This document shows positions 16,284 through 24,974 of a DNA stretch of 33,626 bases, piece after piece (the stretch's first letter is position 1; the number at the start of each line of letters is the position of its first letter). The stretch lies in NCBI GenBank assembly GCA_031404455.1, contig JANNHP010000090.1, forward strand, positions 1-33,626, written 5' to 3'. The notes beneath the pieces were generated by a model. That model did not search any database, was not told where the DNA came from, and saw only the letters and a program-made list of their open reading frames with translations. This stretch comes from Planctomycetia bacterium. GTDB taxonomy: Bacteria > Planctomycetota > JAJSAM01 > JAJVHW01. The translations under genes and the position numbers were made by a program.

Positions 16284-17157
16284 GCTGGCCATCTTCATCG
16301 AGAAGTACACGATCAACCGCTCGAGCGAGTTCGAGGCGCTCATGCGCTACCGCGCGGCGGCCGAGGAGCTCGGACACCACGCCGACTACCTCTTCCGGCG
16401 CGAACTGCGGAAGATCCCGAACTACGACGCCGTGCTCATCCGCGCGCTCACCGATCCCTTGAACTCGAGCTTCGTCGCGGCGCGGATGGCGGAACTGCAC
16501 GGCAAGCCCGTGATCGACGACTCGCGCTCGATCCTCGTCTGCTGCGACAAGGTCCACATGTACCGCCGTCTGATGGCTGCGAACGTCGCCATCCCGCGCA
16601 CCGTGTTCTGCGGAGCCGACGAGATCTACCCTTGGCGCGGCGAGGAACTGCTCGCGGAGCTCGGGCCGCGGCTCGTCGTGAAGGCGCCGAACTCGAGCTT
16701 CTCGCAGCACGTGGAGAAGGTCACGACTCCGGAGGACTTCGAGAAGGTCGGCGACCGGTTCCTCCACCGCGCGGACCGGATCGTGGTGCAGGAGTTCGTG
16801 GAGAGCGAGTTCGACTGGCGGGTCGGAGTGCTCGGCGGCGAGCCGGTGTTCTCGTGCCGCTACGTCATCCCCGAGGAGACGTTCAAGATCATGGCGATCG
16901 TGAACGGCCAGATGCGCGCGTGCCGCGTGGAGCCGGTGCCCGTCGCCGAGGCGCCGGCGCACGTCGTCGCGACCGCGGTCGCGGCGGCGAAGGCGATCGG
17001 CGGCGGGCTCTACGGCGTCGACCTGAAGGACGTCGACGGGCGCGCGGTGGTCATCGAGGTGAACGACAACCCCACGATCAACGCCGACGAGGAGGACCGC
17101 TTCGCGCCCGACGTCTATTCGAAGATCGTCCGGCATCTGCTCGGCCCGCGATCGTGA
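16276..17157 (+). CDS. RimK-like ATP-grasp ligase (alpha-L-glutamate ligase / ribosomal protein S6 modification family), 293 aa
   Basis: In frame with track ORF 16087..17157(+). GTG 16276 start overlaps the upstream stop (GTGGGTAG). Motifs match E. coli RimK: LVVKAPNSSFSQHVEKV (cf. LVVKLVEGTQGIGVVL), IVVQEFVESEFDWRVGVLGGEPV (cf. [25 protein letters not shown]), GLYGVDLKDVDGRAVVIEVNDNP (cf. [22 protein letters not shown]). Confidence 0.85.
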   Translation: MGRLAIFIEKYTINRSSEFEALMRYRAAAEELGHHADYLFRRELRKIPNYDAVLIRALTDPLNSSFVAARMAELHGKPVIDDSRSILVCCDKVHMYRRLMAANVAIPRTVFCGADEIYPWRGEELLAELGPRLVVKAPNSSFSQHVEKVTTPEDFEKVGDRFLHRADRIVVQEFVESEFDWRVGVLGGEPVFSCRYVIPEETFKIMAIVNGQMRACRVEPVPVAEAPAHVVATAVAAAKAIGGGLYGVDLKDVDGRAVVIEVNDNPTINADEEDRFAPDVYSKIVRHLLGPRS

Positions 17158-17597
17158 GCATCCGACCGGCGCGCGTCGCGGACGTCGGCGCGATCCTCGA
17201 GATCGAGGACGCGTCGTTCACGACCGACCGGCTCACTCGCAGGAAGCTCCTGCATCTCTTCGCCCGCGGGAACTGCTCGCTCGTCGTGGCGCAGATGCGC
17301 GGACGCGTCGCGGGCTACGGGCTCGTGCTCTTCCGCCGCGGATCGTCGTCGGCCCGGATCTACGGTCTCGCCGTCGCGCCGCGCCTGCGCGGCGGCGGCG
17401 TCGGACGGCGTCTCCTCGCGGCCTGCGAGCGCGCGGCCGTGTCGCGGCGCTGCACGCGCGTCACTCTCGAGGTGTCGACGCGCAACGCCGGGGCCGTCTC
17501 GCTCTACCGGGCACTCGGATACACCCGCGTCGCGCGCCTCGGTCCGTACTACGAGGACGGCTCCGCGGCCGACCGATATGCGAGGCGCCTGAGGTGA
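17154..17597 (+). CDS. GNAT family N-acetyltransferase, RimI-like (147 aa)
   Basis: C-terminal part of track ORF 16632..17597(+). GTG 17154 overlaps the RimK-like TGA (GTGA). GNAT motif A is present as IYGLAVAPRLRGGGVGRRLLAACE (Q/RxxGxG/A), followed by RVTLEVSTRNAGAVSLYRALGY. Confidence 0.8.
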   Translation: MSIRPARVADVGAILEIEDASFTTDRLTRRKLLHLFARGNCSLVVAQMRGRVAGYGLVLFRRGSSSARIYGLAVAPRLRGGGVGRRLLAACERAAVSRRCTRVTLEVSTRNAGAVSLYRALGYTRVARLGPYYEDGSAADRYARRLR

Positions 17598-19516
17598 GTG
17601 CCGCACGGGACCTGCACGCGCTGCTCGCGGCGTTCGATCCGGGAGCGCCGCTCGGAGCGCGGATGGACGTCCTCGCGCGGCTCGCGCGCTGGGTGTTCGA
17701 GGATCCGGGTTCGCCCGGCGGCGGCACAGCGCCTGCGGAATCGCGACTCGTCCTCCTCTGCGGCGCGCTCGAGGATCTGCCCGAGCGGCGGCGGGACGTG
17801 GGGCTCGTGCTCCGCTCCGCGATCGAGGAGGCCGACGCGCTGCACCTGTTCTGCGAGGCGGGGCTCCCCGGCGACCGCGGCTTCCTGGGCGGGTTCGCCG
17901 ACCGCGTGGCGAGGAAACTGCTGCCGGCCCCGCCCGACGATCGCGACCTGTCGCAGATCCTCGCTCGCGCGTTCCCCCGCGGCGACGGCGCGGATCGGCT
18001 CGCCGCGGCACCGGCCGACGCGCTGATCCGGCTCGGTGCGGTCCTCGGCGACGCCTCCGTCCCCGCGCGCCTTGCGATGACCGACGCGGTGCGCGTCCTC
18101 TGCGTGCGCACCGCGGCGCTCGGGATGTCCGGGGAGATCCGGCGTCGCTCCGGCGTCGCGACGACCCGCGAGTCGCCGTTCTTCGAGCTGTCACGCGCCG
18201 GCGCGGAGGACGTGATCCGGCTCACCGTCGCGTGCCGCGCACAGATCGCGGTCGTGCTCGCGCACCTCGAGGAGTCGGGCGTCTCGGTCGACGTGGTCAG
18301 CCGCCTCGAGGTGATGTCGCAGTGCCTCGGCCGGATCGAGGCGCTCGGCGTGCTCCTCGCGCCGGCGCGGGGCGACGAGGACGTCCGCGCGCGCGCCGCC
18401 GCGCGCTTCGTCGCCGGGCTCGCCGTCGCGTGCTCGGGCGAACGCTCGCTCAGAGTGCTCGTGCGGTCGGACCTGCGCCTGCTCGCGCGAAAGGTCATCG
18501 AACGCGCGGGCGTCACGGGCGAGCACTACATCACCGTCACCCGGCGCGAGTGGTGGGCGATGATCGCCTCGGCGGCGGGCGGCGGCGCCGTGACGGCCGT
18601 GACGTGCGTTCTCAAATTCACCGTCAAGTGGGGCCACCTCCCGCTCTTCGCGGAAGGGCTCTTCTCCGCGGTGAACTACGCGGCGAGCTTCATCGTCATC
18701 CAACTGCTCGGCTGCACGCTCGCGACGAAGCAGCCCTCGATGACCGCCGCAGCGCTCGCCGGCTCGCTGCGCAGGTGCGAGCAGTCCAAGGATCTCGACG
18801 AAGTCGTGACGATGATCGCGCGCATGTGCCGTTCCCAGTTCGCGGCCGCCCTCGGCAACATCCTGATGGTGGTGCCGGCCGCCGTCGCGTTCGACATCCT
18901 CTACACCGCGTCCACGGGCCGCCCCTTCCTCGACCCCGCGACTGCCGCGGCGACGGTGGCGTCGCTCGATCCGCTCGGCAGCGGCACCGTCCCGTTCGCG
19001 GCGCTCACCGGCGTGCTCCTCTGGGCGTCGAGCGTCGGCGCGGGCTGGCTCGAGAACTGGGCCGTGTACCGCCGCCTCCCGGAGGCGATCGCGGAGCACC
19101 GGGCGCGCCGCTGGGCCGGAGTGCGCACGACCCGCTTCATCGGCGCCGCCTTCGCCCGCAACGTCTCCGGATTCGGCGGCAACCTGATGCTCGGCTTCCT
19201 GCTCGCGGCGACGCCCATCGCGGGCAAGTTCTTCGGCGTGCCGCTCGACGTGCGGCACGTGACGCTCTCCACCGGGGCCTTGGCACTCGCGGTGTCGGCC
19301 CTCGGCGCACCGCTCTTTCGGACGGGCGAGTTCGCGTGGGCCGTCGCCGGAATCGCGGTGATCGGCGTCCTCAACTTCGGGCTGAGTTTCGCGCTGGCAC
19401 TCGGCGTCGCGCTGCGCGCGCGGAACGTCGAGTCCGCGGAGAAACTCCGGCTCGCCCGTGCGGTGCGCCGGCGGTTCCTCGAGAGCCCGCGCGAGTTCTT
19501 CTTCCCGCAGAGTTGA
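17594..19516 (+). CDS. Large membrane protein of the COG4389 / pfam10136 ('site-specific recombinase'-named) family: ~330-aa soluble N-domain plus multi-TM C-domain (640 aa)
   Basis: Track ORF 17594..19516(+). GTG start overlaps the GNAT TGA (GTGA). N-terminus ...LHALLAAFDPGAPLGARMDVLARLARWV...LRSAIEEADALHLFCEAGLPGDRGFLGGFADRVARKLLPAPPDDRDLSQILARAFP matches the remembered COG4389 pattern (LFA.FG.A.R.GF..E...R...KLLPATP...DL). At least 6 hydrophobic helices lie in the C-half. Family call is from memory only. Confidence 0.55.
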   Translation: MSAARDLHALLAAFDPGAPLGARMDVLARLARWVFEDPGSPGGGTAPAESRLVLLCGALEDLPERRRDVGLVLRSAIEEADALHLFCEAGLPGDRGFLGGFADRVARKLLPAPPDDRDLSQILARAFPRGDGADRLAAAPADALIRLGAVLGDASVPARLAMTDAVRVLCVRTAALGMSGEIRRRSGVATTRESPFFELSRAGAEDVIRLTVACRAQIAVVLAHLEESGVSVDVVSRLEVMSQCLGRIEALGVLLAPARGDEDVRARAAARFVAGLAVACSGERSLRVLVRSDLRLLARKVIERAGVTGEHYITVTRREWWAMIASAAGGGAVTAVTCVLKFTVKWGHLPLFAEGLFSAVNYAASFIVIQLLGCTLATKQPSMTAAALAGSLRRCEQSKDLDEVVTMIARMCRSQFAAALGNILMVVPAAVAFDILYTASTGRPFLDPATAAATVASLDPLGSGTVPFAALTGVLLWASSVGAGWLENWAVYRRLPEAIAEHRARRWAGVRTTRFIGAAFARNVSGFGGNLMLGFLLAATPIAGKFFGVPLDVRHVTLSTGALALAVSALGAPLFRTGEFAWAVAGIAVIGVLNFGLSFALALGVALRARNVESAEKLRLARAVRRRFLESPREFFFPQS

Positions 19517-19532
19517 GAGGTCGCGACGCCGG

Positions 19533-21881
19533 CTACGGCTTGCGGCGAAGGCTGAAGAGCTTGTCGTCGAAGCGCTCCGCGATGAACACCTCGCCGCCGA
19601 GCGGCGCGACCGCGACGGGGAAGTTCAGCGGTTCGTCGGGGTTCGAGGCGCCGGGGCTCGGCGGACGCGTGGTGAGCCGCCGGTCGAAGTCCACGCGGCG
19701 TCCCGCCGCGATGAACGCGCGGTCGCGCGCGAGGTCGAACCGCCACACGATCCCGGCCTCGGGATCCGCCGCGTAGAGCAGGTCCGCGCGTCCCGGCGCG
19801 AACGCCAGGTCGTCGAGGGCGCCGAGCACCACGGTGCGCAGCGGCGCGCCGATGCCGCCGATCGTGCGCCCCTCGCCGCCCGAGTCGGTCTCGCCGAAGT
19901 TCGTCCCGGCGAGCGTCGTCGTCGTGCCGAGTGCCAGGTCGAACCGCACGAGCCAGTCGCGGTCGCCGACGACGATCCGTCCGGCGGCGTCGATCAGCAC
20001 CGCGCGCGGCTCAAGGAGACGCGTGTCGAGCGGGTGCGCGCCGCTCACGTCCACGTCGCCGCCGCCCGCCACGGTCGCGACCCGGATCCCGTCGAGCCCC
20101 GGCGTGTCCGCGTAGATGAAGAGCACGCGGTCGCTCACCGGGTAGGCGAAGGCATCCGTCGCCACGACGACGTTCGTGTCCGCGTCGAAGGCCGCGCCGC
20201 AGCAGAACGGCAGCCCGGTCTGCCGCGCGGGCAGTGATTCGTCGAGATCGGGCGTCCCGTCGCCCGCGACGCGCACCACGATCCCGTCGGCCCGCACCAC
20301 GTACGCGAGACTCCGCGTGCGGCCCACGTCACCCGTGACGACGAGGAGAAGTCCCTGCGGGCCCGCCGAGAGCGCGCTCACGATCGCGCCCGAACCGCCG
20401 ATGTCGGCGTCGAAGTCGTAGTCGAGACGCAAGACGCCGTCGCCCGTCAGCGTGCCGCCGCCCGCGTAGAGCTCGAACGCTCCGCCCGGCACGTGACGCA
20501 TCACCGCGGCCGCGGGCAGCGCCGAAGTGAGGACGTCGGTCGAGAGATAGAGCACGTCCTCGTCGGGCGGGACGGCGAGGTCGTTCGGACGTCCCGCGAG
20601 CGCGACCTCGGCCAGTTCCACCGGAGGCGAGAACACCTGGTAGGAGCTGAACGAACTCGTCGGGAACGTCACGAGCCCTGCGTTCGCGTCGACGACGTAC
20701 GTCGCGCGGGGCAGTTCGAACACCTCGCCGTCGTCCGCGCGGCGCAGCACGCAGATGCTCGTCAGCACGTCGCCCGAAGCGAACGCTCCGACGTCGTACG
20801 GGAGCGTGATCTCGACGGAGTCCCTGAACGCAGCGCCGCCCGAATCGAAGTGCACGCTCACTCCCGCCGGCGCGAAGCCGAGCGGGTCGTCGATGGCGTC
20901 GTCGTCCGAGCGCAGGAGCACCGACGTCGGCAGGTCGAGTCCGCCCGAGGGGATCTCGAGGCAGACGCCGGACGCGTCGAGCGACACGCGCTGCTGCTGC
21001 TCGAGCGGCGCAACGTCCACGCTGCCGCCCTCCTCGTCGAACTTGCGCGACACCGTGCGCGCGACGCCCGCGCCGCGGCGTTCCGCGCCCCGGAGATTCA
21101 CACGCGCCGCCTTCGCCGGCGGCCTCCTGGCGATGCTGCCGGAGATCTCGCGCCCGGCGACGTCGGTGACGAGGTCGAGCCGGTAGCGCCCGGTCGACGG
21201 GAGCTTCGGGGTGCGCGCGGTGACGTGCGCCGACGGCGCGGAAGGCGGGTCGTAGGGCAGCTCGAACCCGCGCGGTCCGCTGATCCCGACGACACGCACG
21301 GACGCCGCCGCGTCGAGGGCGCGGAGGTCGGCGTCGATCCGCGTTCCCGCCTCGGCGTCGAAGACGAAGAACGCTCCCGCCTCGGACGTGGTGCCGGAGA
21401 ACGTCTCCCGCGCGGGCAGCCGCCACGAGGCGTCGAGCTTGTAGTTCCCCGTGGTCGTCCCCTCGGACCGCACGTCGATCCGGTAGAGCCCCGCCGGGCC
21501 GGGCGTGAACGGGAGAACGCTCGCCGTTCGGCCCTTGCGCCTGAGCGACGGACCGAGGTCGATCTCCGCTCCGCCGGGACCGAGGAGGCGCACGTCCGGC
21601 CTCACGCGGCCCGACCCGCGCACGGAGATCGCGATCGCGGCGTTCTCCGGCATGCGGAGGCGGAGCGTGTCGAGTTCCCGCGGAGCGCTGATCGCGCCGC
21701 TCACCGCGGCCCGGTTCTCGATCTCGACGTCGAGCGTCCCGCTGTCGGCGGCTCCGGCCGGTCCCGTCGATGCGCACGCCGACGCGAGGGCCAGCAGGTT
21801 CGCGATCGTCCGTGTTCCGTGCCGGCTGCCCGCGCGCAGGTCGCGCGCGAGCACGCGGGGCCTCGACGACTTCCACGTCAT
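19533..21881 (-). CDS. Large secreted/lipo-protein (782 aa) with pre-peptidase C-terminal (PPC)-like domains and C-terminal NHL/beta-propeller-like repeats
   Basis: Track ORF 19533..21881(-). N-terminus ...TIANLLALASACAS is a signal/lipobox-like segment. GLYRIDVRSEGTTTGNYKLD and RYRLDLVTDVAG are PPC-like G.Y.L.V...G.Y.L motifs. The C-terminal third has repeated ..LLYAADPEAGIVWRFD.. / EVFIAERFDDKLFSL.. blades. No strong SD at the ATG, so the start is uncertain. Confidence 0.55.
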   Translation of the reverse strand: MTWKSSRPRVLARDLRAGSRHGTRTIANLLALASACASTGPAGAADSGTLDVEIENRAAVSGAISAPRELDTLRLRMPENAAIAISVRGSGRVRPDVRLLGPGGAEIDLGPSLRRKGRTASVLPFTPGPAGLYRIDVRSEGTTTGNYKLDASWRLPARETFSGTTSEAGAFFVFDAEAGTRIDADLRALDAAASVRVVGISGPRGFELPYDPPSAPSAHVTARTPKLPSTGRYRLDLVTDVAGREISGSIARRPPAKAARVNLRGAERRGAGVARTVSRKFDEEGGSVDVAPLEQQQRVSLDASGVCLEIPSGGLDLPTSVLLRSDDDAIDDPLGFAPAGVSVHFDSGGAAFRDSVEITLPYDVGAFASGDVLTSICVLRRADDGEVFELPRATYVVDANAGLVTFPTSSFSSYQVFSPPVELAEVALAGRPNDLAVPPDEDVLYLSTDVLTSALPAAAVMRHVPGGAFELYAGGGTLTGDGVLRLDYDFDADIGGSGAIVSALSAGPQGLLLVVTGDVGRTRSLAYVVRADGIVVRVAGDGTPDLDESLPARQTGLPFCCGAAFDADTNVVVATDAFAYPVSDRVLFIYADTPGLDGIRVATVAGGGDVDVSGAHPLDTRLLEPRAVLIDAAGRIVVGDRDWLVRFDLALGTTTTLAGTNFGETDSGGEGRTIGGIGAPLRTVVLGALDDLAFAPGRADLLYAADPEAGIVWRFDLARDRAFIAAGRRVDFDRRLTTRPPSPGASNPDEPLNFPVAVAPLGGEVFIAERFDDKLFSLRRKP

Positions 21882-21954
21882 GACGCAAGGCTAGCACCGG
21901 CTCCCCGGCCGTCCGGGTGACCGAACGCGCGCGCAGCAGCGGCGGGCGCGACCG

Positions 21955-22659
21955 TCAGCGCGGGTCGACGTTGAACGAGCGGTACACGATCTTCCCGCGG
22001 GTGGACCCGTCCCCGAAGCGGCCCGCGTAGATCTCGGGGGCGACCCGCGTGAGCGGGAGCCCGCAGTCCTCGGACTGCAGCGTCGTCCACGCGGTGCCGT
22101 CCGCGGACACGTCCCAGTTCATCTGCCCTCTCGCGGCGTCGTGGCGCAGCCGGAGCCAGCGGTGCGCGACCGGGTCGTACGGGAGGGACTCCACCCGCGG
22201 CGCGAAGTCGTACTTGCGCGAGAGGTAGAGCCAGCGGCCGTCGCCCTGCGCCGCTCTTCCGATCTCGAACGAGCAGTAGTCGGAATCGTGGTCGAAGGTG
22301 AGGCGGAACTTCGCCTCGGTGTGGTCGCAGTCGAACGACTCGAGATCCGCGCGGAGGTGCCAGCTCCCGCCGCGGAAGTCGTAGACGTCTCGGCTCGTGA
22401 TCCCGCCGAAGTCCGTGCCGCTCGTGCCTTCGACGCTCACCTCGATGCCCCCGATCCTCGGCTCGACCTCGTGCACGTGGTTGAGCGAACGCCAGAGCCG
22501 CGCGCTGCGCGCGGCGTCGGTGAAGTCGTCGTACAGTTCCGCGGCGGGCCGCCCCGGACGCAAGCGCAGCGACCACACGGCGACGATGAGCGCGCCCGCG
22601 GCGACGAGCACGATCGGGAGCCGCCGGCGGCGAGGCGAAGGGTCCGGCGTTCCGGTCAT
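21955..22659 (-). CDS. Membrane-anchored hypothetical protein (234 aa) with a single N-terminal TM and an extracytoplasmic beta-rich domain
   Basis: Internal Met (residue 102) of track ORF 21955..22962(-): MTGTPDPSPRRRRLPIVLVAAGALIVAVWSL... The upstream 101 residues of the long ORF are Arg/Ala-rich low-complexity, typical of GC-driven ORF extension. No SD is evident. No family recognised. Confidence 0.45.
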   Translation of the reverse strand: MTGTPDPSPRRRRLPIVLVAAGALIVAVWSLRLRPGRPAAELYDDFTDAARSARLWRSLNHVHEVEPRIGGIEVSVEGTSGTDFGGITSRDVYDFRGGSWHLRADLESFDCDHTEAKFRLTFDHDSDYCSFEIGRAAQGDGRWLYLSRKYDFAPRVESLPYDPVAHRWLRLRHDAARGQMNWDVSADGTAWTTLQSEDCGLPLTRVAPEIYAGRFGDGSTRGKIVYRSFNVDPR

Positions 22660-23048
22660 CGCTCGCCGGGTGAGGCGGGAGCGCTCCCGGTCCAGGTTCG
22701 GCGCGAGGCCCTGAGTACACCGCTGTTCATCGCTCGGCGCGACGCTACCGCGCGGACTCCGTGCGCGCAAGCCGGTGAACTCCGTGCGGGCAACGGCACG
22801 CAGGCAGTACGAGTCCCGTCCGCGACCGGGCGGAAGTCCTCCGGCGACGGCGGCCCGAGCGCGAGTCCGGGAGGCGCCGCGGATCGCACCCGGGCCGCCC
22901 GCGGCGGGATCTTGCTGGCGCAGCGACGCGCGAATCCGGTCAAATCCGGCGCGTCGTGTCACCGGGACCGAGGTGGTCCCGGGGTGCGGCGCACCCGACT
23001 CGTTGCGGCCTCGTCAGCGCCGCTTGGTCCGAGTAAGGAGTTCCTCCG

Positions 23049-23201
23049 ATGGCGAAGAAGAAGCCCGCAAAGAAGGCTGCGAAGCCCGCGGCGAAGAAGC
23101 CGGCCAAGAAGGCCGCGAAGAAGGCGCCGGCCAAGAAGGCCCCCGCGAAGAAGCCCGCCAAGAAGCCGGGCCGCTCGAAGGGTTCCTCCGAAGAGGAGTA
23201 G
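23049..23201 (+). CDS. Small (50 aa) histone-H1-like lysine/alanine/proline-repeat basic protein (AKKPA/KKAA repeats, acidic SSEEE tail); not in the ORF track
   Basis: Hand translation: MAKKKPAKKAAKPAAKKPAKKAAKKAPAKKAPAKKPAKKPGRSKGSSEEE*. A perfect SD TAAGGAG lies 7 nt upstream of ATG 23049. It is followed by a strong hairpin terminator. It resembles bacterial H1-like tails (AlgP/Hc1/BpH1-type KPAA repeats). Low-complexity repeats can also arise by chance, but the SD plus terminator argue for a real gene. Confidence 0.6.
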   Translation: MAKKKPAKKAAKPAAKKPAKKAAKKAPAKKAPAKKPAKKPGRSKGSSEEE

Positions 23202-23223
23202 TCTCCGCTTCGAGTTGCAGCAG

Positions 23224-23255
23224 GAGGGCGCACCGCGTTCGCGCGGCGCGCCCTC
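23224..23255. terminator. Bidirectional intrinsic-terminator-like hairpin: GAGGGCGC-a-CCGCG [TTCG] CGCGG-c-GCGCCCTC (13 bp, UUCG tetraloop) followed by a weak T-rich tract (TCTTCGATT)
   Basis: Seen in sequence, between the convergent stop codons of the H1-like gene (23201) and the secretin-like gene (23262). Confidence 0.45.
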
Positions 23256-23261
23256 TTCGAT

Positions 23262-24974
23262 TCACCGCACGCGCACGAGGATGACGAGCTCGCGTCCCGC
23301 GCCGAGGAGGCTCCCGCCCGCGCGACGCAGCGATCCCGAGCCGCCTTCCCCGAGCGGGACCGACTCGACGACCTGCATCTGCGCCACGACCGGCTTCTCG
23401 ACCGCGACGCGCTCGGGCGGCAGAGCGGGGTCGACGAGGACCGGCTGGTCCTTCTCGGACTGGATTCCCTGCGAACCGCGTCCGACCGCGAGCTGGATCG
23501 TCTGGCGGTCCATCCGGTCGAGCCTCCTCAGGTCGAGGTCCACGTCGACGGAGCGCTCGCGCGGGGTCAGGTTGAGGAAGTGCCCCGTGACCACCGGCGA
23601 GAACAGCGGGTCGGGGATGCGGGCGCTCTGCGCGACCTCCACGTCCCAGTCGCCGAGGAACCGCCGCTCCGTGCCGCCGGTGCTCGCGAGCGGCAGGCCG
23701 AGAGTCGCGGTCCCTGAGAACCCGGCGACCGCGAAGGCGCCCGCGGGCAGCGGCGCGTCGAGCGACACCACGGCGCCGGCGGGCGCGTTGACGGCGAGAC
23801 ACTCCACTCGCGCCGCCCTCATCATCGAATCCGCCGCGTCGCACATCCGCTCGAACTGCTGCGCCGACGAGAGCGGCGGCGCGGACGGGAGCGTCAGGAC
23901 GAACTCGCGGCTCTGGACCGAGAGCAGGTAGATCGGGTCGCGGAAGGCCGTGGCGACGATCTCGTCGGCGCTCGTCGTGCGCTCCGGCAGCGCGTCCCAG
24001 GAATCGACCTCCTCCTGGTGCGGCAGGTCGACGCCGCGCACGTGGGCGAACCCCATGAACGCCGAGCGGAAGAGCGGCGACACCACGATCGCGGGATCTC
24101 CCGGCGGCCGCGGGAGCGCCCACGCCGCCTCGACGCGCAGGACCATCCGCGCGCCGTCCCGGCCGGTCCACGACGTCTCCGACGCGCGGCCGTTCCCGAC
24201 CCGGATGCACGCGGCCACCTCGTCGAATGCCACGGCGCAGCGGTCCGCGCGGCCGAAGCCGTCGTGGCCGAGGTCGATCTGCGCTTCGTCGAGCGGCCGT
24301 GCGACCCGGGCGATCGCCTCGACGATTGCCGTGCGGCCGTCGGGCATCGGCGTCACGCAGAGCTCGGCCGAGGCGCCGGTCCTGAGGATCGCGAGGATCG
24401 GGTCGCCGATGGAGGACGCCTGCGCGATCTCCACGTCGTAGTCGGCGACGACCTGCCGCTCGACGGCGTCCGCGAGGACGAGCGTACGGGCCGGATCGGC
24501 GTGCGTCTGCGCCGCGAGCAGCGTCTCGGGACCGGCGACGCCCGGGCCGCCGGGCCAGCGCTCGATCGACACCTTCAGCGCGATCGGTTGGGGCGCCCGC
24601 CCGCGGAGGTCCGCGAGCGCCGCGGCCACGGCCGCGCGGTTCTCGGGCGCGAACGTGACCGCGCGAGCCTTGTCGTCGAACCCGGTGCGGGGCGCGTCCG
24701 GCCCGATCGACGAGTCGAGGACCGTGCACACGGACTGACCGTCGAACCACGGCGGGCAGTTGTCGTCGAGGCCGCTGTCGATGAGCCGTTGCTCGCCCGC
24801 GATGCGGCGGGCGGAGAACTCCACCCCGAAGGGCGACGACGACACCGACCGCGTCGCACGGCGGACGGATCCGTCGCGCGTGAGGAGGTCGCCGATCGGG
24901 ATCGAGCCCTCCTCGTCCGCGAGGGCCGCCCCAGCGATCGCGATTCCCAGCAGGACGACGGCGGTTCGACGCAT
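23262..24974 (-). CDS. Secreted protein (570 aa) with an internal duplication and a secretin-like C-terminus (tentative secretin/outer-membrane channel family)
   Basis: Internal Met (residue 170) of track ORF 23262..25481(-): MRRTAVVLLGIAIAGAALA|DEEG, with GGAGG 6-10 nt upstream of ATG 24974. Two related segments are ADYDVEIAQASSIGDPILAIL.. and GDWDVEVAQSARIPDPLFSPV.. (cf. secretin ..IVEV...lG..). The C-terminus ..VESVPLGEGGSGSLRRAGGSLLGAGRELVILVRVR resembles secretin ..vP.LgdIP.lG.LF.....EL.ifitP.iv. The upstream part of the long ORF is rejected. Confidence 0.5.
   Translation of the reverse strand: MRRTAVVLLGIAIAGAALADEEGSIPIGDLLTRDGSVRRATRSVSSSPFGVEFSARRIAGEQRLIDSGLDDNCPPWFDGQSVCTVLDSSIGPDAPRTGFDDKARAVTFAPENRAAVAAALADLRGRAPQPIALKVSIERWPGGPGVAGPETLLAAQTHADPARTLVLADAVERQVVADYDVEIAQASSIGDPILAILRTGASAELCVTPMPDGRTAIVEAIARVARPLDEAQIDLGHDGFGRADRCAVAFDEVAACIRVGNGRASETSWTGRDGARMVLRVEAAWALPRPPGDPAIVVSPLFRSAFMGFAHVRGVDLPHQEEVDSWDALPERTTSADEIVATAFRDPIYLLSVQSREFVLTLPSAPPLSSAQQFERMCDAADSMMRAARVECLAVNAPAGAVVSLDAPLPAGAFAVAGFSGTATLGLPLASTGGTERRFLGDWDVEVAQSARIPDPLFSPVVTGHFLNLTPRERSVDVDLDLRRLDRMDRQTIQLAVGRGSQGIQSEKDQPVLVDPALPPERVAVEKPVVAQMQVVESVPLGEGGSGSLRRAGGSLLGAGRELVILVRVR

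Noticed and set aside
20329-21920. 522-aa (-) and 475-aa (+) ORFs overlapping the PPC/NHL gene
   Set aside because: They are alternate or antisense frames with Arg-rich composition. The 19533..21881(-) frame has signal peptide and repeat-domain structure.
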